This document shows positions 14,813 to 64,000 of a DNA stretch of 64,000 nucleotides, in pieces. Origin of the DNA: Lingula anatina (Eukaryota > Animalia > Brachiopoda). Every line of letters starts with the position of its first letter. The first letter of the stretch is position 1. The DNA lies in the NCBI GenBank assembly GCA_051362555.1, contig CM120645.1, positions 21,080,001 to 21,144,000 on the forward strand. Direction: 5' to 3'. A model generated the notes under the pieces. The model saw only the letters and a program-made list of their open reading frames with translations, was not told the origin of the DNA and made no database searches. Made by a program: the position numbers and the translations under genes.

Positions 14813-15971
14813 CAAGTGTTTCACGACACACAAGCTTTGGGTGAACTTCGAATGTTTGCTTGTATGGTATAGTTATTTCATTAAACTTTATGATAATAAT
14901 GATTAAATGGATTAATTATATGATTGATTTGGAGGATTTAATCGGATATATACAGTGGCTACATAGTCTCAAGTTATTGGCTATCATCGGATGTAGCTCT
15001 TTGTTTTGTTTATGTTTATGATTTGATTTCCATCGCGCATTAGAAAATTTCTGCTTGTCAACGATCCAGCCTGTCGATACAAATATATAACGTACACAAT
15101 ATGTTAAGAATAAATCGCTTTTAGCTTTTATGTCACGTATAAATGTATAATAAATAAGTTATATTACGCGCAGTAATGGTGGCAAGTCGCTTAGCTTTTT
15201 AGCATCAATCTTTATTCTCTCGCAGTATTTACTAATTTATCATATACGATTTTTAATGGGCAATCTTCCTGTCCTTTCTCGTGATTTTAACTTACAGCAT
15301 TCTTCCTATGGGTTTTGCCGGAATGTGAGTTAAGTATTTTACCAAATAAGCATTAAATGTTATTCAAGATAATGGCTCCAAGTTACAAATTTATAACTTC
15401 CTATTTAGTCACAAATGTGGATGCTGTTTCCTTATTGTGAACGCAACGTGTAGTATAAAGTACAAATTTTAAGGTTTACGCTTGAAACATTTAAAAATGG
15501 CGCCAAATACGACCCAGTGGATGAAATAATAACTCAATTAAGCAATTCTGTTTTGTACTTCTGGTAATGGTGTTTTGATAATTTTTCTTTTTAGTGTATT
15601 TCATAGTGCATTTTCTTTTGTAGTGAACCTAAAAGAGATAGTTTGAACGTCGATTAGTTAAGACAGATTTTGAGGCAGGCAATATTGTATCTTGGTGCTG
15701 TTGGTCTTATTATTATTATTATTATCATCATATTTTTCTGGATGAAATGTAAAATAATAAAATATTGTTTAATATAGATATACTTGTTCTTCCATTTATT
15801 GTCAATACCTAAATGCAACATAACATTTATCGTTGTTAACCAAAGAGATCTGAGAAATGTTAAAAATACATAAACGTTACATGCATTACATTCAACTGCG
15901 TGCAAAAAATTACTTCTATCACAAACTTGATTGAAAAAGAACATCCGTTGTTGATTGCCTTGAATAGAGGG

Positions 15972-16085
15972 TACCGGAGGAGACAGAATTGTACCGGAAG
16001 TGACGTGTAGTGGTGTAAGACGTGAAGGTGGGTGGTCATTTTAGCTGGAGGTGAACTGGAGTGAAGGCGGGGGCTCAGAGAAAAA
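15972..16085. repeat. Dispersed repeat fragment, shared with 48592-48708
   Basis: accggaggagacag..gtgacgtgtagtggtgtaagacgtgaag..ttttagctggaggtgaac..gggctcagagaaaaa present at both sites. Confidence 0.75.
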
Positions 16086-16696
16086 GGATTTTCCAAGCCC
16101 ACGTCAAGCATAGGTTTTGCTAAATTTTCCATAAACCAGATTAAACCAAAGAATGTGCAAACATTTGGCCTCTGCTTTCATCCCGTAAGATTAAGGAACG
16201 GAAAACCGACAAGCTGTCGTGAAATTCGTGGTATTGACTCTGTGGACTGGCTTTGCCATTTCAGCATATCTAAATCAAAAGAGAGGGAAATATTCACCAC
16301 AGCTCGGGGCCTATTCTACCATTGAAACAGACCATATGCATTTCTATAGACAATCACTAATAGCAGCCACATTAGAAGGTGTCGAATATGAAATATCTAT
16401 TCTCAAAATCTTTTCTGGCTGTTTTGTGTTAGTTTTGTCGACTAGCAGTCTGTTACACAACGGTCCGAAATAGCCACATTTTGTGTGTTACTTTGGTACA
16501 ACTTTCTAAGACGACATTCCTGGTCCACAGAGTTTTATCCTTTTACCTAGCTTCTAGCGGGTTCTAGCATGTTTTCTAATGTCGTATGACGTCATGAAGT
16601 ACATGTCTATAGGCAATTACTAATAGATATCAGATAAGTCATTAAAAGGTTCTGATTATTCTCAGTATCAAATGCTTCACTCTGAAGCAACACTAA

Positions 16697-16911
16697 GACC
16701 CCATTTCCAGAGATTAGATCGATCTACTTTAGATCGACCTAACTCCCTGGGGGTTCACGCTAAATAGCTGTCAGCCGAGCGGACACGAAAGTTAATTATC
16801 CCCTTACAGCTTGTAGTAGGCGGGACGGACATTTAAGCCGGATTATCTGACAGTAATCTAGTGAGACTCCCCGCGGGGATAGATCGATCTAAAAGCTCTG
16901 GGAATACAGCC
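16697..16911. mobile_element. Tourist/Harbinger-like MITE, family 1, copy B
   Basis: Homologous to 14611-14812; TAA duplicated on both flanks. Confidence 0.82.
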
Positions 16912-18180
16912 TAAGATGAACATCATATTATCCGGGATAGCTCAACGTCTCGCAACTTAACTAAAATTAAATGAGAATTTTGAGGAGAGTGGAGTTAAAA
17001 ATAATGGCAGACTAACAAGTGCGGATACAAGCCGACTGCATTTATCTGCGAATATGTTCAGGTTGCTTTCATTCCATTTTATCGAACAACAGACTGTTGC
17101 ACAACAGATGAAAAACACCATATTTTGCGTGTCACTTTTATATTTTGCGTGTTTAGGGCGAGATTCAGGCGCATAAAGTTCCACCTGTTTTCCTAGAAAA
17201 TCAACCCAACTTTAAGCAAATCCTCGCATGTTTTCAAATGGCGTGTGACGTCACGCAATGCTTCGTTTAATGCTTTCTCGGGTGAGTCCCATGGCATCCA
17301 ATAGCAGTGGCGGATCGTGGTCGGCCCCGCCCATTCCCCAAAGACAATTCTAAACGTGCTTTAATGGGTATAAGCAAGACATATAAATATCAAGAAACAA
17401 ATAAGTGATCCAACAAACAAGAAAGCATAGGAATTAAATAAATAAAACATCGAGGAGTAAAGTGCCAAAAACCTCAACCCGCTCGCGCTGATGTCTTGGT
17501 CCGCTTCCGATTATATACATCAATATGAAAAGGTTTATTGTTAATCTCAGCTTCAACTACATGATACCATCTGAAAACAAACGTCATACAAATAGATTGA
17601 TTAAATGTTGATCGACCGAGAGTAGAATTGGCAACACTTTGGCACTCATCACTCGATGAACTTGCCATTGTCTCCAATGTTGCGTATTCTGTTTCGTAAC
17701 TCGACCACACAAAGAGATGGCTTTTTTATAAAGTCATTGTCGCGTGAGAGACTTTACCGACAGATGTGCCTTGTTTTTACTCGTCAGATCTCATCATGGA
17801 AAATAAGGGCGGTGGTAGTCCTCAACGCCCAGTTATGGCTTTCACACACTTATAAATTATAGGATAATTCAATTAAAACCTATTATATCTATTAGAGCAC
17901 TTGGGTGACTAAGAGTAATTTATAGTAAGCTTTTACTTTTGCGACAAGCTGATCAAAGCCAATGGTCATGCAGTCTTTCTTGTCAGTTTTCTTATTAACT
18001 TTTTTTGATCAGTTCTAATATTAAAAGGGTACAATTCAAATTAAAAGGCCAATTAAAATGACAAATTATAATGCACTGCATTGCATCTTATTGTGTTGTC
18101 TGTATCTCTGTATTTCAAGGTGATCAGTAAATAACTTTTTAATAAAAGTATGATAAAAACTCATCATATCACCATAACAC

Positions 18181-18184
<4 letters not shown>

Positions 18185-18245
<61 letters not shown>
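18185..18245. repeat. (CT)n microsatellite
   Basis: Direct inspection. Confidence 0.95.
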
Positions 18246-18247
<2 letters not shown>

Positions 18248-18596
18248 ACCAACGCGTGCATTTATATGAATCATGGAAAAGCATAGCGCGTACAGAGCTT
18301 TCATCCTTTATATACTTTGCAGGGAGACACGCAACAGAGATCTTGTTTCTTCTTTGTAATGGGCTTCATCAGTCAAACGTAACCAGGTTTCTCAATTAAA
18401 AAAATGAAGCCAGATATTTGTAGATGTGCCATTTCGTTACCGTAACATTTGCTTATGTTTCGTGTATCATGTTTTTGCAGTTAGATCAATACAATTTTGC
18501 ACTGAGGCAATATATATTCAATTTCTGACTCCTGGTTCTAGAATCAACGAATACGAGAAAGGGCAATAGTACAGTACTTATATGTTTGTACAAGTT

Positions 18597-18762
18597 CAGG
18601 CCCGTAGCCAGCAATTTCAAAAGGGGGGTTCTTTTTCTGAAAAAGTGGACCTTTTCCCATAAAAACTTCATGTACCTAGATCAAATTTTACCCAGAGTGG
18701 ACCTTTTCCCAGCAAAAGGGGCGGTTCTTTCGAACCCCTCGACCCCCCTGGCTACGGGCCTG
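18597..18762. mobile_element. MITE family 2 (CAG termini, 5-bp TSD), copy B
   Basis: TIR caggcccgtagcc/ggctacgggcctg; TSD aagtt. Confidence 0.87.
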
Positions 18763-21700
18763 AAGTTAGCCACGTTTATGTTCGTTAAAAGTGATAAAAG
18801 TTAAATCAGTTCTTCGCTCATTCAGGTGGCTTAAATCTGGGCTGGCGACACAACTTTCTTAAGCACTCAGCTACCCGACCTTAAAACAATGTAGAAATCA
18901 ATAAAAAAGACCACAAGGGCGTAATTATGATATCCCTGTTTGACACCAGTGACAACAAATCGAAATCTAGAATTTTCGCACGCCTCCATTTTCCATTCGA
19001 ACCTTAAGATTAAACATTAATGTCTATATAGATTTAAACCAGATAATATTTTAACATAATGTGTATGTTGTACCGAAGGAATAATTGACAAGATAGGAGT
19101 TGCACAAAACGGACATTTTCATCGCCATTGGCATATCTAAATCGGTCCAATGAAAAATAGAACATCCGAAATTACAGAAATTGAAAGTTGGTCTTTGCTT
19201 ATCAAAACATACATACATGCATACACACACAAGCACAGATTAATTTCATCGCTTTGTTCTCGAGCCCATGGTTGAGGTTTTGAGCCCACATGTATCGCAC
19301 GCTGCCACAAACACATATTTAAAGGGGACTGTGGGCAGGTTTTCCTCCTGTAAACAAGTAGCAAGATTTAGTGCATGAGGCACGCCAAACCTTTCACGGA
19401 AGAATCCTTCAAATCAATTCAAGGAGACCATTTTTCTGCGATGTTTCAAAACGATACGTAAATGTCAAATATTTAGAGGAAAATATGTTTGCCAGACCTA
19501 AATTACAGCTTAATGGAACCAATAACCCAGCACAGACATTAAAATGTCGCCCTGGTTTAAATCAACAAGGAATCTTACGAACAGAAACATGGCTACGTTT
19601 CTGTTGAGGATAAGCAGATTATTTTAGTATTATTTCTTCTTTGATGAGGAGAGATGTCGTGTGGCAGGGTGGATAAACTCACTCGTGGGAGAAAAAAAAC
19701 AGTCGGCAGTGCATTCTAGAAATTGTTTTAGAAATGAAGGATGTCGCCATACGAGGCATCTTAAAATTATTTCTTTTTTCGAACTGCGTTATTGGAATTT
19801 CTTCACGATACACATATACACACACCGTACATACACAAATATTTCATATATGCTTGACAGCATTTGATGATATTCATAGTGTAAAAATTATATGCATACT
19901 ATATATTATACGATGTATACATGGGAGTACATCAGGTATATTGTGCATCGGGTATGCAATCCCTTTTTTGCTTCCCAAGTTTATTCAGAAACAATGACAT
20001 TTTATGGCATATCTGCAAGTCAGAAACATATGTACTTAAATCATAATACCATGAATACAGAGACGACGATCTCTATAGACTAGGAACCTAATAGCTCGCA
20101 GCGATCGACATAAATTCTGCTAAATAGTTTCCGCACTAGCAAAACAATGGTATGTGACATGTTCAATACATGTACTCCATCACAATGGCAGCGTGCTATG
20201 TACAAAATTCATAAAACATTGGTAAAATTCGGAATGGCAATTCTGAGAACAAGCAAGCGTGGTGCACATTCGCAAAGACAGACGGAGCAAAGTCAAAACC
20301 AGATTTTTACGTAAACATTATTCCAAAAATTTCTTTTTATTTCTGCCCAAGGATACATCACAGCATCTTTTTATTCAAGCCAGCGCCGATGGAAATATTT
20401 TCATATAGGCAGAACAAATACATTTTTTATTTCAAGAACCAAATCACAAAAGAACATTTCTAGAACACACAAAGCATAATAGAACTACATGTACCACCAT
20501 TTCTAACATTTGTACTCTTGTGCATGTAGGACAAACTGCATAGTTTTTGCTTCAGTTTTTTTTTCCTAGGGGCCATCTTATCGATTCGCTCTAAATGATC
20601 CCATTAGGACAGGGATTCGAATATAGTTAAGTGATAACCTCTATCCTTTCAGACTTGTGTCGCTCTCTCTCTCAGTTTCTTTCATCATTATTTATCATTC
20701 CTGATTGCAGCACTTCTTGCAGCAAAAGAGGTTATATACATATAATCATGCTCGTTTCAGTCAGAGCTGTACGTGTATACATCCCTCTTATTTCTATATT
20801 AGGCCTACATCTACACCACTGATAGCAATCACGTTCATATTAAAGGCTTCCGCGTCCAAAAACGTCCCTGAGTCATATTTTCTTTGTCTACACACATCAC
20901 CATTTCCTTCAAATTTGTCCACGGGCATCTCTAAATCCTTGGCCTAAAACACGTTTATATCCCCTTCCATCCTTTTTTTTTCAGACGAAAACAGATGCTA
21001 CTAAAATGAATCTCCAAAATAAAATAATTATGATTAAAGGGGAGAGAGAGAGAGAGAGAGAGTTAACATTATTAAAAAAAAGATTTATTTGTATCTACAT
21101 AAAACAAGCCTCTCCTGTGACTTTGAGGAGGTACCCCACCCTCCAACAGGGGTCTCTGAAATTTGTTATAAATTCAAGTAAAAGACTTCTATTCAATTTT
21201 GTAACAAATTACAGAGACCCCTGTCGGAGGTTAGCGGAACCCCCCAAGATACCCCTCTTCCCCTTCTTCTTTTCATAAAAAAGCAGTCTCCCATCTCTGT
21301 GCCCAGTATGCGGTTTAAAAAACTAGTCGACTGTTTAATATTTGCCTAGCACTGCTCGACAACTTTTTTTTTTATCCTTTTAGCCCCTAAAACCCTGGAT
21401 TTTACAGTGTTGTACCAAACACGCTTCAGTTGAAAGCGCACTTTCTGGCGAACCCAGCAGTGCTTCAGGACGCTCCAGACCGTGAAATTCGTTACTGGGG
21501 TATTGTTCCTGCGCAAGTCTAATTTGCTCTTCGTTGTAACATTTACAAAGAAGCTTTCAGACAGACGAAGCGTGTAATCTTCACTTCATTAGCGACACAG
21601 CATCTGCGTTCGTGTTCACAGTCTACCTGCATCAGTCGGTTCTGGCTCTTTTTTGTTTCAGTTTCAAACCCAAATTTCACTCCAAATAACCGGTTCTCAG

Positions 21701-24262
21701 CCATTCCAGAATAAATACATGCTCTTACGTCACGATGGTTATGGCGCAAACGCGTTGATTGCATTAGGTCATCAAGATATCCGCGTTGTCGATTAAATTG
21801 CAAATTCCCCCCTAATTGCCTACATGAGGTATGGTTTAGCAGCAGAAGCTTTTATTACGTGAAAAAAATAACCATCGGGGTTTCATGTAATTGAAAGTTA
21901 GTCCGGTGAAATGTCGCAAAGTTACACAAATTATCTGGCCACGAGAGATGGTGTCGTATTTTTTTCTATACTGGACCAATTGTGTGAACGCATTGCAGCA
22001 AACCAGTTCAGAACCGGTCTGGGCACTTTACTGTGAACTCATCCCTTCGCAATCGTCACTTCATTAGCGACACGGCCTCCATTATGTGTCGGTGCAAATA
22101 GATCATGCAAGTTTGACAGACGTATGATTAAGTGTTCGTTAAAAGAAAAAAATACAAAAAAACTATTAGCTAAAAATCATCATGTAGTCGAATAACCTAG
22201 TACATGGAACATTTTGGGCTGTCGTTTTGGAAGCCGTTTCATTTCAGATTCCCGGAAACTCACGTCTACTTTAAGAATGCCTCGTTCGTTTCCAAAAAAT
22301 ATCAAGTTGAAAATGGCCAGGTCAGTTGCCATTAACCTGTGAACCTCGGGGAAGGTTTCTCAGTATAACCACCCATGCAAACTTTCTAAAATGTCTATTG
22401 ACCATCAAGTTTTAAACAATAGACAAAAGAATGGAAATCTTTTTAGACGACGATTTTGTCTTTTCAGGCAACTGGAATAGAGTACTCAGAGCAAATATCC
22501 CCAAAGAATTTGTATCATCTACCACTTGTAAAAACATACCATTATTGCAAAAACAGTTATGAAACCATCTAGACGCTGGTTTAGAAACAACAAATCTAGA
22601 TCTTTATCATTTCAGCAATTTATTCACAATAAGATTTGCTGAACACAGGTGCTTTGATGTTTTTCTTAATGTAGACGAATCTAGCCTCCTTCCCACTTCA
22701 ATTCCCAGAGACGGGACTATTAATCCTCCTCCCCGCTAGAAGAAGAAAAGACAATCACGCATTATCTAATGCATTATCTTTTTAATGAGGGGGTGGGGGC
22801 GAATAGGAAAATGGCTGCAAAAACTATTGAACCATCAATCGTCCACATAGCCTCTTGGTATCTCTGTGTTACACACTTGGTATATTGCAGCACCAAAGCA
22901 AGTAAGGACCAAAGCAACAGAACAGAGGGGAGAGAGTCTGATAATGTTTGGTCTTATTTTTTTTTTGTACATATTTGGTCAAATGATTGCATAAGGTAAC
23001 TGAGTAGGAGATAACAACCATGATTAACAAGCACTGACATACTGACTCAGCTAATAAAAGCTGAGCAATTATGACAATATATAATCTGACAGTCAATAAT
23101 ACAAGACTTAACGCCCCCCTCTCTCAACATAGTACACTACTAAACTTTCTATTTTTTAAACCAAGGAAACTAAAGCACTGCTTAACAAAACAACAAAGTA
23201 AATAAATTAACAAATAAATAAAATTCAACTGAAACGAACAAACAAGTTAGATAAAAGCCATAAGTTCAGTGTGTTCAAACTTTCAATAGCAAAAACGAAA
23301 CAAACAAAAAATTCACTCAGTTGAAAATATATTTTGGCAATGCTAGTGATCATATTAATGGCACTCAAGCAAATGATAGAAGAGTGACCAAAGCTTCTCA
23401 TTCTATGGGTACATTCAGAACAAAGTGATCCGCGGATCAAATATGGCCGACCTACTTCAAAGCTTACCGCATAATCCACTAATAAACACTGAATAGATTC
23501 CCCATAGGGAATAAGTGGTATGCTTTCAAGTGGGTCAGCCATATTTGATCGTGGATGTGTTAGTCTGTGGATCAAATATGACTGTGAACATGGCCTATTG
23601 ACTCCAATCCCATTTCTTTTTTTTTAATGTCTGATCAATATGTTACATTAACTGAAAAAGTTTCATACTTAAAACAATTCCAATTATTTTTTATAAACTT
23701 TATGACAAGGGATAAACAGCTGCCTGTGATGTTGTTCATATAAAATACATACTGAATAGATATTGTACTACTGTTCTTTTTTTAAACAGCAGGACATTAT
23801 TATCCACATAATTTTTTCTAGTATCACTTTTTTAACAACTTTTTTTTTGACATTGTTACCTGAAGCATACAAAAGAAAAAAAAACATTAATATCTCAAAC
23901 ATCATATATCAGTGCCTTGTTCTAGTCTATTCCCTATCTCAAACATATATTAGTGCCTTGTCCTATTCTTTCCCTTGTCACTTGCTACTACTCCATTCAT
24001 CATTCAGTTTCTCTTCAAAAGGCTTCTTCTTTCATGTACTACCCGCAACTGCTTTGGTATGGTATTGTCAAGTTATAAATATACTTTACATCACTTCCAG
24101 TTCTTCAGTACTTCTTGAACAGTGATTAGGATAAAAGAACAACATTTCTTATCCAGAACATGTAGGTGGATTTTTTATGGTGTCCATTTCCTTGGTGTTT
24201 CATATTTTTAATTTCCAGCATTGCACTTCTTCCTGTTCCTTGCACCACCACCAGTGTGCCTT

Positions 24263-52905
<28,643 letters not shown>

Positions 52906-55313
52906 TTTCGTGTAGTGCGTTAGTGTTTATAGCGCCAAGCTAACACGCGTGAAAACTCGCTCAATATATAGACGGCGTTATCAGCTGGGTTATCAGATGT
53001 CAGTGATGGACGTCACGAAACTTATGCTACCGAGTTCGAGTAAATTGAGCTTGCAACCGGTTGCATCATCTAATTCCTACCCCGACAATAAATAAATAAA
53101 TAAAAATAAGGATAAAATGAGGATGAAGAAAAAAAGGAAAGAGACAGAGAGTGTAATTTTGAGTCCATACAGTCTATATTTTTCTAAAGAAAATTAACAC
53201 AAAGGGAATTAAAAAATCTTGCACAACATCAACAATGAGTAGGAGTTAACATACGCCCATTTTATTTGAAACAAAGTTGGTGTGTGTGCGTGTGCCTTAA
53301 CAATTTCCATTATCTTATTTCTCTCCTCTATCCCCACTGGGCAAGAAGTTTATAATTAAAAATCTATGCTTAATGAAGATCTTATAATCATGACCTCAAT
53401 TCTTTATCATATACTTCAAAATTATGAGCTGATGAACGTTTGAAAGAGTCTGAAGAAAATAAGTCTCAAGAATATGCCCTTTCAACAGGAAATCAATCTA
53501 GAAGAAGAAGAGAACATAAAAAATTGTTATTCACCAAAAACAACAACATAAATGTTAAAGATTTAACAAATTTCACTTGTGTAACATATCCCAGTCAACA
53601 TCAATTCCAAAAAAGTACAATTCCAGGCTTCTTCACTCCTGGTTTGTTTTTTAAAAATCAACATATAAACTGTGTAACTTTATAAATACATTTTTCCTAA
53701 TCACATGTCAAAATCAATGCCACATGAGATTTGAAAGACCTGGAAATATATGGAGGCTGATAACAGATCACGTAGCAGCTGTCCTTAAGCTCCCCTGGTT
53801 TTCCCTGTGTGGGCCACCCCCTATCAATTAAAACCGTAAAAGCAACAAAACAACACAAAATCAATACTTTTTTCAAAGCCCTGTGACCTATACATTATAT
53901 AGTCAAATTGTCCTTGTGTCTTTAAATTTTTAATCTTGTGCCAATCTTCAATAACAACACAGATTAACCACTAAGTCTACAATTTCTCATTTTCTTTTAC
54001 ATATACATAACAGACCTAATAAGCTTAGAATCATGCCTTTGTGTTTAATATGGCAGGTAGTTTTACCAAACCATTCATAAGCTTTAACAAATCTCTGCTT
54101 GGGGGTTATCCCAGCCCTCTTGAGTCACAGAGCTACATATCAAAATCTTATGGAAAATTAACGCTGACATTTCAATCACAACAAAACAGTCCAAGACAGA
54201 AATGGGGAAGCTGCCTGACTGACTGGCCATGATTTTTGAAATCACAGGTCCTCTGGACTGGCAAGGTTTAAGTGAAAATACAATAATTCCTAAAAGTAAA
54301 TCATATGTAAACGTGGAATAACAGGGGCCAAAGGTTCACTGATCTGAAGGTTTGATACGGAAGTAATGCATGAACAAAGTGTAAAGTTTACTGGCACTAA
54401 ATTGAAGTTCATCAGAAGCGAGTACAAATCATTTTTCGGACCAATGAACCTTCAGACCAATGAAACTTCGGATTATCAAGACGCCCCCGAATAACAGACA
54501 AGAACAAAATTGGGAGGACCTGCAGGTTTCTTGTAGTGCAGGCCCCTGCACCTTCAGTATCTCCAAAGTTTCCCCCATATCTGCTAACATGTGACAGGTC
54601 TTTCACCTTGAACTTTCAAATAATGCCACTAAGAATACTGACCAAATTTCAGCTGTTATACTGACCTTGACATTGGAAAAAAGACAATATTATCATTTTC
54701 TGTTCATATATTAGTAAGTGTCACACACCAAAATTATCCTAAATGCAATAATCATTTTAGCACACATCACATATAACTTGGAAAGTAGCAGCACAGAAGC
54801 ATGTAAATATACAGAAATATTTACTGAAAAAAAATTATATGACAATGATTACATAATTATAATTCTATAATTACAACCTTCACAGTGTTTTTCTCTCTAT
54901 CACATTTATTCACTGAATACTGAATCTCATAAATAAAACAAAACTGAAGAAAACATTCAAAAGACTTAATAGTTTTTAGGACAAAACTGGTATTTTCACC
55001 CATTCCAAGAGGTGATGAGAATGAAAAAACAAAATCAATGCCACATTACATTTTCTTACAAGTGAGATCAGAAAAGTGAGAGAAAAGTGAAGTCATTATT
55101 TACACGCTTTCTTTTTGGAAAATGATGATTCAATTCTTCAATACAGTATATTTGTTTCAGTAAGAACAAATTAATAAAGTGATCATTTTTCTAACCTGAA
55201 ATAATAATAATGATAAGAAGTAATATAAAAATGACAAAAATATGCAAAAATGAAATTAAAAAATTAATTTCCAATTTCATTCATTTTTTCAGGAAATGTC
55301 ACTTGATATCTGC

Positions 55314-62943
<7,630 letters not shown>

Positions 62944-64000
62944 CTGAAAAAAATGCAGCAAATTATAATTACAGTATACTTCATTGGACCCGTGAAACCT
63001 TAGGACCAAATTTGTTTGAGCCATATGAAGATTTCAGTCCATAAGTTTCAGCTTATACCAAAGAAAAAAATTATACAATAACTTGAATAAGTTTTGTTTG
63101 AATTAGATGATAATTCAAGTTATAAAAAGACTGGGTATGTGGAGTTTGTATGTAGAGATTTGAAATACATTTATATAATTTTCAAGTTCACCAGGGAGGC
63201 CGTTTCATAAAAGATCTTAAGATCCAAAATTTTGGTCTTCACCTTAGATTGAAAAATTTAAATTTTAAGTCAAGATCAACTTCTGATCATCTGAAGTTGT
63301 TTTTTAGCGAAATCAGTGGATGGGATACTGTAAATCTAACAAAAGAAACCTATGTGAAGACACATTCATTATCTGATGATGTTGTTCATCCACTTACCCT
63401 GACTGGCTTTGTGTACGAGTCTTTGGACATATATATGACAGGAAAAGAGACTAACTTCTTAGGTAGTGGTGCTGATAATACCATGAAGGGGTCAAATGTG
63501 ATGGAAACCTGGAAATTTTACAATAAATGATGGAATTAACAGGTATTGAGAACTATATATACATGTCATTTCTAGGACAAATGATAAAAAAAAGTCCCAC
63601 ACCAAAAAATGAAGACAGACCAGTGAAAATTTGTAAATGTGTTCAGAAACTGGCCACTGCTTTATTAGGCCACTTGACTTCAATGATTTCTTAAAATATT
63701 TTTAATGAATCAAGCGATATCAAAAATTGAAGAAACATGTAACCTTATTTTAACAATTTTGTGATAAAAATTTAAATCAAATCCTTCTAGTTCTTTTTAA
63801 AAAATCAGTAGTCTGGTAATATACTTACTGTTACTAATATTAAGTTATTTAATTATATCAAAAATAGTTACTTTTCTTTCTCAAATTTTCAACAGTTTTC
63901 CTCAGTCTCATCATAAAATCAGTTTTGCACAATCAAACTAACTATGAAAGTAGCTATGACCAAACAACATAATACATTTCAGTGTCACCAACCTTGTTAC

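Noticed and set aside
63993-64000. Possible donor end of the next upstream USP19 exon
   Set aside because: Only 8 nt fall inside the window; cannot be supported

Overview
AT-rich, intron-rich animal genomic DNA, probably invertebrate (the repeat content looks mollusc-like, but the taxon cannot be fixed from sequence). Three protein-coding genes can be reconstructed by hand from GT-AG exons with consistent phases. (1) A + strand Cys-rich, probably GPI-anchored protein of unknown family, with coding exons at 8277-13478; its first coding exon was not found. (2) A complete 22-exon glutaminyl-tRNA synthetase, QARS1, on the - strand (52905..24263, 784 aa). (3) The 3' part of the MYND-finger deubiquitinase USP19 on the - strand (62943..55314), directly upstream of QARS1, the same order and orientation I recall for human 3p21. 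The most notable feature is six 132-139 nt conserved elements, one per intron in six QARS1 introns and all in the sense orientation. They have full box H/ACA snoRNA architecture and fall into two paralogous families that share the stems but have different guide pockets, each complementary to conserved 28S rRNA segments. Also present: a 65-bp tandem array that repeats a USP19 splice acceptor, two Helentron/HINE-like elements carrying satellites (one a 146-bp array full of AGGTCA DR1 motifs), a deleted THAP/SAP Harbinger-ISL2EU-type transposon, a Gypsy/Ginger integrase relic, several MITE families and microsatellites. Most short ORFs in the track are spurious.
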